64,000 nt of DNA. Source: Ignavibacteriota bacterium. Its GTDB lineage: Bacteria > Bacteroidota > Ignavibacteria > UBA10030 > UBA6906. The translations under genes and the position numbers were made by a program. Below, in pieces: positions 23,758 through 33,280 of this stretch. The notes beneath the pieces are model-generated. The model worked only from the letters and a program-made list of their open reading frames with translations. It was not told the origin of the DNA and made no database searches. Every line of letters starts with the position of its first letter. Position 1 is the stretch's first letter. The stretch is from NCBI GenBank assembly GCA_963702445.1, contig CAVPCZ010000005.1:90-64089 (forward strand). The letters are read 5' to 3'.

Positions 23758-23859
23758 ATGGTGTGGTTGAGTATGGCGATCCTCTTCGGGTTCTCGCTGC
23801 TCACAATCGCGCGCGTGCTTGTGGGAAGTGCTTCGCGGGACGGAAGGGCAGCCACCTAA
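23758..23859 (+). CDS. Possible small hydrophobic ORF (33 aa) whose TAA stop lies inside the attC-like left arm
   Basis: MVWLSMAILFGFSLLTIARVLVGSASRDGRAAT*. An upstream hydrophobic ORF (ATG at 23679, MLLVTLEILVVIVAPLLILCAG.., aaggagg at 23654-23660) could join it after a 1-nt shift, giving a protein of about 60 aa with two TM segments. Confidence 0.3.
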   Translation: MVWLSMAILFGFSLLTIARVLVGSASRDGRAAT

Positions 23860-23917
23860 CCCCGGCATGCAAGGGACTCGCTGCGCTCGCCGCTGATGCG
23901 AGGCGTTAGGTGGCTGC
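23848..23917. repeat. 13-bp perfect inverted repeat with integron attC-like core sequences
   Basis: gcagccacctaac (23848-23860) and gttaggtggctgc (23905-23917), 44-nt spacer. Contains ACCTAAC (fits RYYYAAC) and GTTAGGT (fits GTTRRRY). An inner imperfect pairing (..CCGGCAT../..GATGCGAGG..) needs bulged bases, as in attC sites. Confidence 0.55.
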
Positions 23918-23960
23918 GCCGATCGGGGACAAAAATGATTTGAGAGTGAAGGGAATACAA

Positions 23961-24449
23961 ATGCCGGTTGGTTCGCCTTCTGATGTATCCATGCTTCGCC
24001 ATACTGTGGCGACGGTTGTCTATCGAGGTGCGAAGACTCTTCGGGATGCTCCGAGTGGGTTCGACACGTTTCAGGTCAAACCGAGTTCACGTGCACCGCT
24101 GGAGATCGTGGCGCACATCAGCGATCTCTTTGACTGGGCGCTGTCAATGGCCAAGGGAGTGGAGGTGTGGCACAATTCCATTCCTCAAGGATGGGATCAG
24201 GAGGTAGAACGGTTCTTCAGAGTTGTGGCAGCGTTTGATGAATTCCTGGATACTTCATCCAATATTGCGTGTTCATTGGAGCGATTGTTCCAAGGTCCAG
24301 TAGCTGATGCTCTCACGCATATTGGCCAACTGGCGATGCTACGCCGGCTGCATGGTTCCCCGATCAAGAGCGAGAACTACTTCAGAGCAGAGATCACAGC
24401 GGGTCAACTTGGTCTGAAACAGGCGCCACCCAGGAAAGAATTCGATTGA
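23961..24449 (+). CDS. DinB-like (DinB_2 four-helix-bundle) family protein, low-GC
   Basis: ATG at 23961 after gaagggaa. Motifs LRHTVATVVYRG.., ..ALTHIGQLAMLRRLHG. GC is about 50% against more than 60% in the flanking genes. Confidence 0.65.
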   Translation: MPVGSPSDVSMLRHTVATVVYRGAKTLRDAPSGFDTFQVKPSSRAPLEIVAHISDLFDWALSMAKGVEVWHNSIPQGWDQEVERFFRVVAAFDEFLDTSSNIACSLERLFQGPVADALTHIGQLAMLRRLHGSPIKSENYFRAEITAGQLGLKQAPPRKEFD

Positions 24450-24599
24450 GTCTTGAGGCGGTCTCCGGCGAAGCCCATCTAACACGCGGCTTACCTGCGC
24501 CGCGGGTATCGGGGTTGGCACCGTGGCGACAGGCCAAGCGGCCTGCTTCCTGATCTCCCGATGGGGTGCCAGTGGTGGTATGACGGACACTGGCACTCC

Positions 24600-26223
24600 A
24601 TGGGTAAATTTCCGGGAGGATGCTTGAGAATACTTGGATTATCGATACTGCTCTGTCTGCTTGCCCTTGACGGGTTGGCACAAACGAAGGGGGCCGGTCG
24701 AAACTATGACCTGGTCGTCTATGGTGGAACAGCGGGTGGAGTGATGACAGCGGTGGCGGCGGCACGCGAGGGATTGAGGGTCGCGATCATCGAACCGGGG
24801 AGGCATCTTGGTGGGATGGTGACCGGCGGGCTGAGCCGGACCGATTTCGGAGAGCGTGAAGTTGTGGGTGGGATTGCCGTCGAGTTCTACCGTCGCGCGG
24901 GGAAGAAGTATGGTCGCGAGATCGAATGGATGCCGGAGCCGCGGATTGCCGAGCAGGTTTTAAACGAGATGATCCGTGAGGCACGTACCGTGTCGGTCTT
25001 TCTCGGCGAGCGGCTGCGGGAGAAGGGGGGCGTGGCGCGGCAGGGGACGCGCATTGTCTCGATCACGACCGAGAAGGGGCGCCGATTTTCCGGTCGGATC
25101 TTCGCCGATGCGAGTTACGAGGGAGACCTGATGGCCCAGGCCGGAGTCGACTTCACCTGGGGTCGCGAGGGAGTCGCGCAGTATGGCGAGTCGCTGGCTG
25201 GTGTCCGCCCGAAGGACCGCTATCACCAGTTCGACTTTCCGGTCGCGGCGTATGACAAGGAGGGACCCGATCGAAAACTGCTGCCGGAGATCCAGACGGA
25301 ACCGCGCGGTGAGATTGGGGCGGCCGACCGCAAGGTGCAGGCCTACAACTTCCGGATGATCCTCACCGACAATCCGGACAACCGGATCCCCTTTGCAAAG
25401 CCGGCCGGCTACGACCCGTACCGTTTCGAGCTGGCGGCGCGCTGGCTGCAGGGATTTGTCAGTCATCGCGGGCGGGCGCCGCGTATGGACGAGATCCTGC
25501 TTCCGGCCCAGATCGCCGGCGATCGGAAGTGGGACTTCAACAACCGCGGGGCTTTTTCGACTGACTACATCGGAAAGAGCTGGGAGTATCCGAATGCGAG
25601 CTATGCGCGACGCGCTGAGATCTGGAAGGATCACCGGCGCTACACCGAGGAGCTCTTCTATTTTCTGACGACCGATCCGCGGGTGCCCCGGGAGACCCAG
25701 GCGGAGATAGCCCGCTTCGGACTGGCGGAGGACGAATTTGTCGATAACGGCCACTGGCCGTATCAGCTCTACGTGCGTGAGGCCCGCCGGATGGTCGGCG
25801 ACTATGTCGTCACGCAGAAAGACATCCAGACGGAGCTGACCAAGCCGGATGTGATCGGGATGGGTTCGTACAACAGCGATTCGCACAATGTGCAGCGCTA
25901 TGTTCAGCCGGACGGGACGGCCCAGAACGAGGGCAACATGGAGGTGGGCGTCACAGCCCTACCAGATTCCCTACCGGGTGCTGTTGCCGAAGCGGGCGCA
26001 GGCGGTCAACCTGCTGGTGCCGGTCTGTTTCTCGGCAAGCCATGTCACATACTCGACACTGCGGATGGAGCCACAGTATATGATCATCGGACAGGCGGCG
26101 GGAGTTGCCGCGAAGATGGCAATTGAGGGCCGGAAGGCGGTGCAGGAGATCGACACGGCGGCCCTGAAGGAGCGATTGCGCGCGCTCGGTGCGGTCTTCA
26201 CCTGGAATCCTCCGGCAAAGTAG
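24600..26223 (+). CDS. FAD-dependent oxidoreductase (PF12831-like), secreted; one frameshift near 25950
   Basis: Signal peptide [23 protein letters not shown]. Dinucleotide-binding motif [29 protein letters not shown]. The C-terminal part continues in ORF 25888..26223 ([31 protein letters not shown]). Confidence 0.75.
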
Positions 26224-26392
26224 CCTGAGAGACCGAAATCTATATACACGCCGCCTTCGGCGCTTGAGAGGGCCAGACTCGTAGGATCTCAAATCCAACT
26301 CTGACCTTGGGACAAGAACTGGGTGGTCATGGGCACTCCTGGCAAAACCAGGCCTGCCGACAGGTGTTGGATTCTCGGCTGGATCGCAACGG

Positions 26393-26414
26393 TAGTCCGT
26401 GATAGTGGAAGGTT
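26393..26414 (+). repeat. Copy 2 of the 22-nt direct repeat
   Basis: tagtccgtgatagtggaaggtt, 20/22 identical to 23550-23571. Confidence 0.85.
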
Positions 26415-26622
26415 GCTTCCACAGTCGCAGCCGCACGGAAGCTCCGAGCCGACGCAACAGCATCGAAGCGAGCGCTTTGATAACACCAACGTTGTTTTCA
26501 GCTTCCTTCAGCAGCACGAGGCCCGCATCGGAAGAAACATAGACTCCGTTGAAGGACGCAAAGAGGATTGGGATTTTTAGGAATAATTCAGGCTAGAGCG
26601 CACACGAACAGCAAAGGTTTGT

Positions 26623-28053
26623 ATGGCTACAAACCCCTCAGTCAACCGTCCACGACGAAGGAGCCGTTCTGTGGAACCTTCTGTCGCCGTTGCGGCCGAT
26701 CGAATGCCCCGGCCGATCAAGATCACCGTCCTCGGCGCGGGAAGTATGTTCACGCCGAAACTGGTGAACGATGTCCTGAGAATTCCCGGCGAACAGGGGG
26801 GGATCATCGGGCTGGTGGATATCGACCCTGATCGTCTCACCACAATGCACCGGCTGATCAAGCGCCTTATCGCGCACCTCAAGAAGCCATCGTGGAAGGT
26901 TATCGCTTCGACTGACCGCACGGAGGTTCTGGACGGGAGCCACTACCTCGTCAACTGCATCGAGGTGAGCGGTGTGGATTGCGTCCGGTGGGACAATGAT
27001 ATTCCGTTGAAATACGGCATCGACCAGTGTATCGGCGATACGATTGGCCCCGGGGGACTCTTCAAGGCCCTGCGTACAATCCCGGTATGGCTGGAAGTGC
27101 TGCGGGATGCTGAGACCCTCTGCCCCGATGTTCTCGTGCTGAACTACACGAACCCCATGAGTATGATGTGTCTTGCGGCGGGCCGCAGAAGCCCTCTTGC
27201 AGTTGTCGGCCTCTGTCATTCCGTTCAGGGAACAAGCCGTCTCCTTGCATCGCGTGCCGGCGTGCCGTATGACGAAATGGAGTGGGAGTGCGCCGGAATC
27301 AACCATCTTGCCTGGTTCACCACGCTCAGGCATCACGGCGTGGACCTGTATCCTCTTCTCAAAGCGAAAGCCCGCCGGGATCTGGCCGGAAAGCCGGACG
27401 ACCCCGCAGACGCCAAAGACCTGGTCCGCAAGGATGTCATGCTTCAGTTCGGCGCATTCGTGACCGAGTCGAGCGGACACCTGTCGGAATACCTCCCCTA
27501 CTACCGCAAGCGGCCGGATCTTGTGGCACAGTACTGCCGCGATGGCTATGATGGAGGGTCGGGTTTCTACGCGCGTGAGTGGCCGGGCTGGCGCAAGGCG
27601 GCAGACCGGGAACGTCTCGAGATGCTTCAGGGGAAACGGCCGCTGGAGTGGGAGCGGAGCTGGGAGTATGCAAGCTGGATCATCGAAGCGCGGGAAAAAG
27701 ACATTCCCATGCGCATCTATGGCAACGTGATGAACACGTGGAGAGACCAGGGCGCCCTGCTGGCCAATCTTCCTCTCGACGGCTGTGTGGAAGTCGCCTG
27801 CTTCGTCGACCGGAAGGGAATCCGGCCCGTGCGGTTCGGACGACTCCCGGCCCAGATGGCGGCACTCTGTGATGGAAATATGAGAATGTTCGACCTCGGA
27901 ACGACCGCCGCGATGGAACGAAGCAAAGAAGCTGCGGTACACGCGCTGATGCTCGACCCGCTGACCTCCGCCGTGTGCAGTCCTGGGGAGATACGTGCAA
28001 TGTGCCTGGAACTATTTGAGGCGGAACGGCAGTACCTCAAAGGATACAAATAG
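26623..28053 (+). CDS. Glycoside hydrolase family 4 (NAD+/Mn2+-dependent alpha-galactosidase/alpha-glucosidase type)
   Basis: Rossmann N-terminus KITVLGAGSMFTP. GH4 signatures LVLNYTNPMSMM, VGLCHSVQGT, AGINHLAWF. Intact ORF; the start may be the internal ATG at 26704. Confidence 0.85.
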   Translation: MATNPSVNRPRRRSRSVEPSVAVAADRMPRPIKITVLGAGSMFTPKLVNDVLRIPGEQGGIIGLVDIDPDRLTTMHRLIKRLIAHLKKPSWKVIASTDRTEVLDGSHYLVNCIEVSGVDCVRWDNDIPLKYGIDQCIGDTIGPGGLFKALRTIPVWLEVLRDAETLCPDVLVLNYTNPMSMMCLAAGRRSPLAVVGLCHSVQGTSRLLASRAGVPYDEMEWECAGINHLAWFTTLRHHGVDLYPLLKAKARRDLAGKPDDPADAKDLVRKDVMLQFGAFVTESSGHLSEYLPYYRKRPDLVAQYCRDGYDGGSGFYAREWPGWRKAADRERLEMLQGKRPLEWERSWEYASWIIEAREKDIPMRIYGNVMNTWRDQGALLANLPLDGCVEVACFVDRKGIRPVRFGRLPAQMAALCDGNMRMFDLGTTAAMERSKEAAVHALMLDPLTSAVCSPGEIRAMCLELFEAERQYLKGYK

Positions 28054-28065
28054 GCAGCCGGCCCG

Positions 28066-30441
28066 ATGACCCCCGCCCGCACTGAAATCCGGCATGCTCC
28101 AGAACTTCTGGGCACAGCCGACCTGAGCCCGATCGAGGATTCCCCTGGATCCTATCGGGCACAATCAGAGGAGATTCTCCCGGAGGAGACTCTCCATGGA
28201 GAAGTAACGGTGGTATTGGAGTGCCGGGCCACGAGATTTCCCTTTGAGCGGTATTGCAGATATATGAGGCACAAGGGGGGGACACATCCGCACACGTTCC
28301 CTTCGATGGAGTTCGCAGCCAACCCGCCGGGGCTCCGCCTCGGCCCCTGGCCCGGCTGGCGTGGGATCCCGGAACTGCCTTTGCTCACTCTCTCCTGCGG
28401 GACAGAACGAACGCCTGTGCGGGCCACGTTCTGGGGAGACGAAATCGACCGGAGAATTCTGCGGGGGTTCTGCCGCATTACACCGGAATCCGGAAGGGAT
28501 TTGATTGTCACAAGTGCTGATCCGGACATTGTGCCGGTCCGCATCCTGCTCTACCGCACCACCTCGGTGCGGGCCCATCCGATCCCCGTGGCGCTCAAAC
28601 CGGATCTCTCCGGTGTGCATCCACGACTGTTGATCACTCCCTCTACCTTGCCCGCACTTCGCGAACGCGCGGCCGGTTCGCATGCCTCCGGCTGGCAGAT
28701 GATACTGGATTTGCTCGATTCCTGGGATCTTCCCTTTGCCAGGACTGCGGAATCCAAAACCGTCGCCGGCCCGCAACGTTTCACCGGCGAGGATAGAGTG
28801 GTGGTGTCCGCGTTCATCGCCTCCATCGATCCGCAGGAAGAGAATATCAGCAGAGCCCGTCAGGCCTTCCTGAGCTATCTGGAGGAAACAGAGCGTCCGG
28901 ACTTTGAACCGCTCACGATAGACACACAGGCGGGCGAGGTGTTGTTTGTGCTCTGCCTGGGATATGATTGGCTCCACCCGCTCCTGACCGCCGGAGAGCG
29001 GGAACGGGCGAGGGAGCGACTGGACCGGATAGCGGATATCTGCCGGGCATATCTCGGCAATGAACGGCGCGACTACGGACAGGCTCATTATCTCGGGTGC
29101 GGGCTCGGGCTGCTGGCGTTTTCTTTTCTCTTCTGGGAGGATCATCCGGGAGCTGCGGAGCTGGCCGCCCGCCTCCGTGGAGATCTGGACTGCGCCCTCT
29201 CTCTTCTCCCTGAAGACGGATCGTATCCGCACGGCATCAATCTCTGGATCTATGAGTTCGGTTTCCTCCTGCGCTGGCTGGAGCTCATCCGGGTGTGCAC
29301 GGGCGAAGATCTCTGGCGGACGACCTCCGGTGTGGAACGGGCATCCACATTCCGGGCTGCGACGCTTTCCCCCGACGGCCTGTACGGAGTCACCATCGGG
29401 GATCCGCAGTACCGGGTCGGCGGCGACAGCTGGTGCCACTTTCTGATCGCTGCACGGACGGGTTCCCCTCTTGCGCAATCGCTGGGGAAACTGCTGCAGT
29501 TCCTTCCTCATGAAGGTGTCGATGTGCGGAACGTGCCCGCCCGGAGGCGGGTCTACGAGTTCCTGTTCTTTGACCCTTCCATTGCGCCGGCGGACACACT
29601 GCCACAGGTGGAGTATTTTGCCGATGGCGGCCAGATCTGCCTCCGTTCTTCCGATGCCGTCTTCACATTCAGGTCGGGCCCGCCCCTGGGCATGCAACGA
29701 TACCGGAACGGCGAATACGGTGCATACGGCCACAGCGACCCGGCAAACGGGACATTCCTTCTGTACAGACGGAACACATTTCTCGTGAACGGTTCGGGTC
29801 CGGTATACCGCCGCGACTCCTCGCTGCACAATGTTGTGACAATAGACGGCCGGGGACAGATAGGAGACTCCACGGTCTGGTTGCCGGATTTTTTTCCTCC
29901 GGATGTGCTGGCTCCGCCGCCCGCGATTCGGGTCGACGGTACGACAATCGCACTTTCCGTGGAGCTGTCCGGTACGTTTCTGCCGCACCTGGGGGTGGAG
30001 CAATGCACCCGTGCGCTCTACGTTGATCTGCATCGCTGCATCATCGGCGTTGACACGGTCCGGTGCGCCCGTGCGCGTTCCATCGAACTCAATATGCACT
30101 CCTGGGGAAACTTTGTACCCGTAGCCGGAGAACGGGGAAGGGTCTATTCGCTTCCTGGCGGTGTCCGGTACATTCTGCTTGCCCCTTCCGGCGCGACAGA
30201 TGAGACGGGCCTCACGGAGTTTGTCCCGGCATACCCGAATGACGGGACACGGGATCATTACCTGAAGAGCGCCGTGCACGCGGCAGAGACGAGGTTCATC
30301 TGGTGCCATCTGTTGACGCCGGAATCCCTCCCGGCCGTTGAACGGGCCGGGCAATCTCCTTTCCGCATTTCGTTTGCGGGAGGTTATTCTCTTCTGTATG
30401 ACGGCCGCTGGCTGATCCGGGAGCCCTTTCATGCGCATTGA
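28066..30441 (+). CDS. Heparinase II/III-like polysaccharide lyase family protein
   Basis: Intact 791-aa ORF. Alginate-lyase-like (alpha/alpha) N-terminal half (HPRLLITPSTLPALRERA..) and the Hepar_II_III motif YGHSDPANGTFLLYRRNTFLVNGSGPVYRRDSSLHNVVTIDG. Confidence 0.75.
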   Translation: MTPARTEIRHAPELLGTADLSPIEDSPGSYRAQSEEILPEETLHGEVTVVLECRATRFPFERYCRYMRHKGGTHPHTFPSMEFAANPPGLRLGPWPGWRGIPELPLLTLSCGTERTPVRATFWGDEIDRRILRGFCRITPESGRDLIVTSADPDIVPVRILLYRTTSVRAHPIPVALKPDLSGVHPRLLITPSTLPALRERAAGSHASGWQMILDLLDSWDLPFARTAESKTVAGPQRFTGEDRVVVSAFIASIDPQEENISRARQAFLSYLEETERPDFEPLTIDTQAGEVLFVLCLGYDWLHPLLTAGERERARERLDRIADICRAYLGNERRDYGQAHYLGCGLGLLAFSFLFWEDHPGAAELAARLRGDLDCALSLLPEDGSYPHGINLWIYEFGFLLRWLELIRVCTGEDLWRTTSGVERASTFRAATLSPDGLYGVTIGDPQYRVGGDSWCHFLIAARTGSPLAQSLGKLLQFLPHEGVDVRNVPARRRVYEFLFFDPSIAPADTLPQVEYFADGGQICLRSSDAVFTFRSGPPLGMQRYRNGEYGAYGHSDPANGTFLLYRRNTFLVNGSGPVYRRDSSLHNVVTIDGRGQIGDSTVWLPDFFPPDVLAPPPAIRVDGTTIALSVELSGTFLPHLGVEQCTRALYVDLHRCIIGVDTVRCARARSIELNMHSWGNFVPVAGERGRVYSLPGGVRYILLAPSGATDETGLTEFVPAYPNDGTRDHYLKSAVHAAETRFIWCHLLTPESLPAVERAGQSPFRISFAGGYSLLYDGRWLIREPFHAH

Positions 30442-32866
30442 TCCTGAACAGCTGACCGACCGTGGTTGCTGGATCTCCGATGACCGGGTGTATGCATTCG
30501 TTTCGTCGGGAAAAAGCGGCATCGGGGAGATCGGGTACCACGGTGAGCAACCGGTCAGCAGGAACTCCCGCGTGTTTGCCGGAAAAGAGCCGGTTTGCAC
30601 GTTTGCCGTGAACAGAACCGGTCAGGAGCAATTCCCGATCCTGTTCCGGGAATTCGACTGGTGTCCGGGCGGGGTGCAGGTTCACGGAGAGTACGGTCTC
30701 GGGAAAGCGGTGCTGGATGTCGCCGTTTCAGGACGTATCCTGGTTGTGGCCTGCACCGTATCGAGCCAGGAATTCGCTTCTCTCCGGATCCGCTTCTCAA
30801 AAAGCGTCTGGTTCACGCAGGTTCAGGGAACGCGCACCTGGACTAAAGGAGCCGCGGAGAATGGTTCACTTACCCTCCGCTTCAGGGACAGGATCGTGCT
30901 GGATGAATGGATGAACAGGGAAGGCCCGTACGCCGGGGATTTCCTGATCCCTGAACCTGTCCGGCGTACCATATTCAGCCGCCGGTGCCGGTCGGGTCTT
31001 GCGAGACGCGATGATCTGTTGCCGGCGTACCGTGACACGGCTCTCCCCCTGTATGATGCCGGAGTCTCCATCCGGATTGGAGGCGAAGGATTTTTGCTGG
31101 AGGAGGAACCGGATGCATTCGTCTTCAACGCGCGTGTTCCGAAAGACTCCCTGACATTTCCTCTCTTCATGATCGCTTTCGACGAAGAAGTGCACCCCTT
31201 GCCGGAGGATGCCGAACTGAGGAGCATCCCCGCGAGGGTCCGGGCGAACCACGAGCAGTTGACAGCCGGAGCACCGGAGGTCCAGATTCCCGGATATTCC
31301 CAGGTTGAACGGTTCTTTGCGACGGTTCCCGGACTCGTGGAGTCCTGTATCATCCGTGATTATGGTGTCCCGCGCGCAACCCCCGGGGCATACTACTGGA
31401 TCTGGGCGTGGGATGCGATGGTGACCTGCCTGGCTGCCCTCCGGTGGGGAGACACCGGTGTGGCACGCCTCACGACCAGGTTTATCAACACGCATCGGGA
31501 TGAGGGCGGTTACATCCCCATGCGATGGACACGTGCACTTGTCCCTCTTGACACACAACCCCGGGGCGCGCTGGATGTCCTCCTCACATCACTCGCCCAT
31601 GCAACATTCGTGGAGACCGGCGACACTCATATACTTGGCGCGGTGTATCCGCACGTTGTCCGGCATTTTCAAGAGCTTTCTGCAACATGTGAGAGCCGCG
31701 GTCTGTTTGCCAACAGCGGGTTCTATCCGGACCTTCCTACCCGTTTTTCCCGGACGGAAACCAGTGCCGTCGCACTGGAGATTGCCGGATTCTACACGTT
31801 CTGTCGAACCTGCGAGAATATTGCCCGGCACATGGGAGACGAAACCACCGCTCAAGCCGCCGTGGAGATGGCGCTGCGGGTGAGAAAGACATTTTCTTCA
31901 CACGTTCTGGAATAAAGAGCAAGGGTTTCTGATCGATGCGATCGACCTGAAGACAGGGACACTGAATATCAGTTTCCCCCTTTTCACACTTCTGTTTCTT
32001 CATTCCCCCCTCGGGATGTCGCTCATCCGGCCGAAACTTGCAGAGTGTGCCGATTTCATCGCCCGGCATCTTCTCACCCCCGCGGGGCTCCGCGTGTTGC
32101 CTTCGTGGGACGACAACGCGGGTTCGGAAACCGTATCCGGCGCATGGTATCCGCACTGGGATGTCTATGCACTCAAGATCCTTCGAAGGGCAGGGAGAGA
32201 GAAAGACATTCTGCTCTGGCTTGCCTGCGTGGAGCGGGTTCTCAAGAAACTCGGATACTGTCCGGAATACCTTTCGCTGGAGGATTTTGACGGAAACAAT
32301 CCTGACTCCTGGCTCCAGCACGGATCGCCGTCAACCTGAACTGCGTCACCGGATGGTATACCGCCCTGATCGAGGGGCTATTTGGCATTGAGATTGACAG
32401 CGGCGGGCTCACGATTATTCCTCTTGGACTGCCGATCAGGGAGATGCGCCTTGCCGGCCTCCGGTGCCGCAGTGCACGCTATGATGTCCGCGTACAAAAC
32501 CAGGGCCCGTTCCTCCAGGAGCTCCGCCTCAACGGCACGATCCTCCGCGGATGCTGTAAACTTCCCTCCGCCATGATTCATCAAGGAGACAATGTTCTCG
32601 ATATCGTGTACGGACCGGAGCCGCCGGAGTGGTGTTTCAGAGAGATTGTCAACGCTGAAGTACTCGACGTGCACAACGGCGCACATCGTCTCGATGCCCG
32701 GATTCGCGCGCACGGCGTCGTGGACCTCTCTCTCTTTACCCCCGTCTGCTGCGATGTCCTGCTGGACAACGTCGCGGTCGCCACCGCAGGTGAACGGGGA
32801 ATCCACACGATGTCCAGACAATTGCTCATTCACGGAGACCATACGCTCTCCCTGGTGCGTCGCTGA
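30431..32866 (+). CDS. (alpha/alpha)6-barrel glycoside hydrolase-like protein (GDE_C / GH63-like); two frameshifts as assembled
   Basis: Pieces 30431..31915, 32016..32339 and 32444..32866 are contiguous in sense. Motifs YYWIWAWDAMV, GGYIPMRW, GAWYPHWDVYALKILRRAG, CPEYLSLEDF. The family call is tentative. Confidence 0.55.
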
Positions 32867-33094
32867 CCGGACGAACCCCTGTAGCATTCTTCCACGGTGC
32901 CCCCCATGACAGTCATGCATGCTCTTCCGGACGAGCCTTTCGGGCTTACAACGGATCAAAGAGGGCTGGACCGCCCATGCGGCATTTGCCAACGCCGGAA
33001 ACCGGAGGGGCGAAGTGATGACGATCATCTATTGTGCGGATGGTATAAAGCTCATTGAACCGGACAATTCCGTTGACCCGCAATGAAAACCCGC

Positions 33095-33280
33095 GGAGTA
33101 CGGGGGGAAAATGCCGCGCTACCCGAAATGGATCACTCATGGAGTACGTGTGGGGGGGGAAGTCCTTGGCGACTCGGAATCGATCACGCCAGGAGTGAAG
33201 GTGGGAAATGCCGCGCGACCCGGAATCGATTACGCACGGAGCGGGGGGGGAAAATCCCGGGCGGCCCGGATCATGGTCCG
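33095..33280. repeat. Four degenerate tandem units (46, 51, 46, 43 nt), each with a G/C homopolymer, overlapping the 3' end of the URO-D-family gene
   Basis: Units start at 33095, 33141, 33192 and 33238 (consensus GGAGTrCG..G(3-8)AAAATGCCGCGCnACCCGrAATCGATCAC). On the minus strand each unit can encode xFR(V/A)A(R/K)(D/H)FPPx. Confidence 0.75.

Noticed and set aside
24476-24519. Second attC-like site after the DinB-like gene (ATCTAAC ... GTTGGCA)
   Set aside because: It spans only about 44 nt, the outer cores pair poorly (4 of 7) and the spacing is asymmetric. A simple 6-bp hairpin (cgcggc/gccgcg) explains it better.
26292-26373. attC-like pair AATCCAAC ... GTTGGATT, 66 nt apart
   Set aside because: It fits the core consensus, but an 8-bp inverted repeat at this distance is expected by chance in 64 kb and the internal pairing is poor. 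It stays a note under the repeat finding and is not called as a feature.
28165-30600. 811-aa ORF on the minus strand, the longest ORF in the track
   Set aside because: It is antisense to the heparinase II/III-like gene, which carries the recognisable family motifs. Its translation is an Arg/Pro/Gly-rich low-complexity string, typical of shadow ORFs in high-GC DNA.
33095-33280. Possible CRISPR array
   Set aside because: The units are directly adjacent with no unique spacers, are degenerate and overlap a coding 3' end. No cas genes are present in the window.
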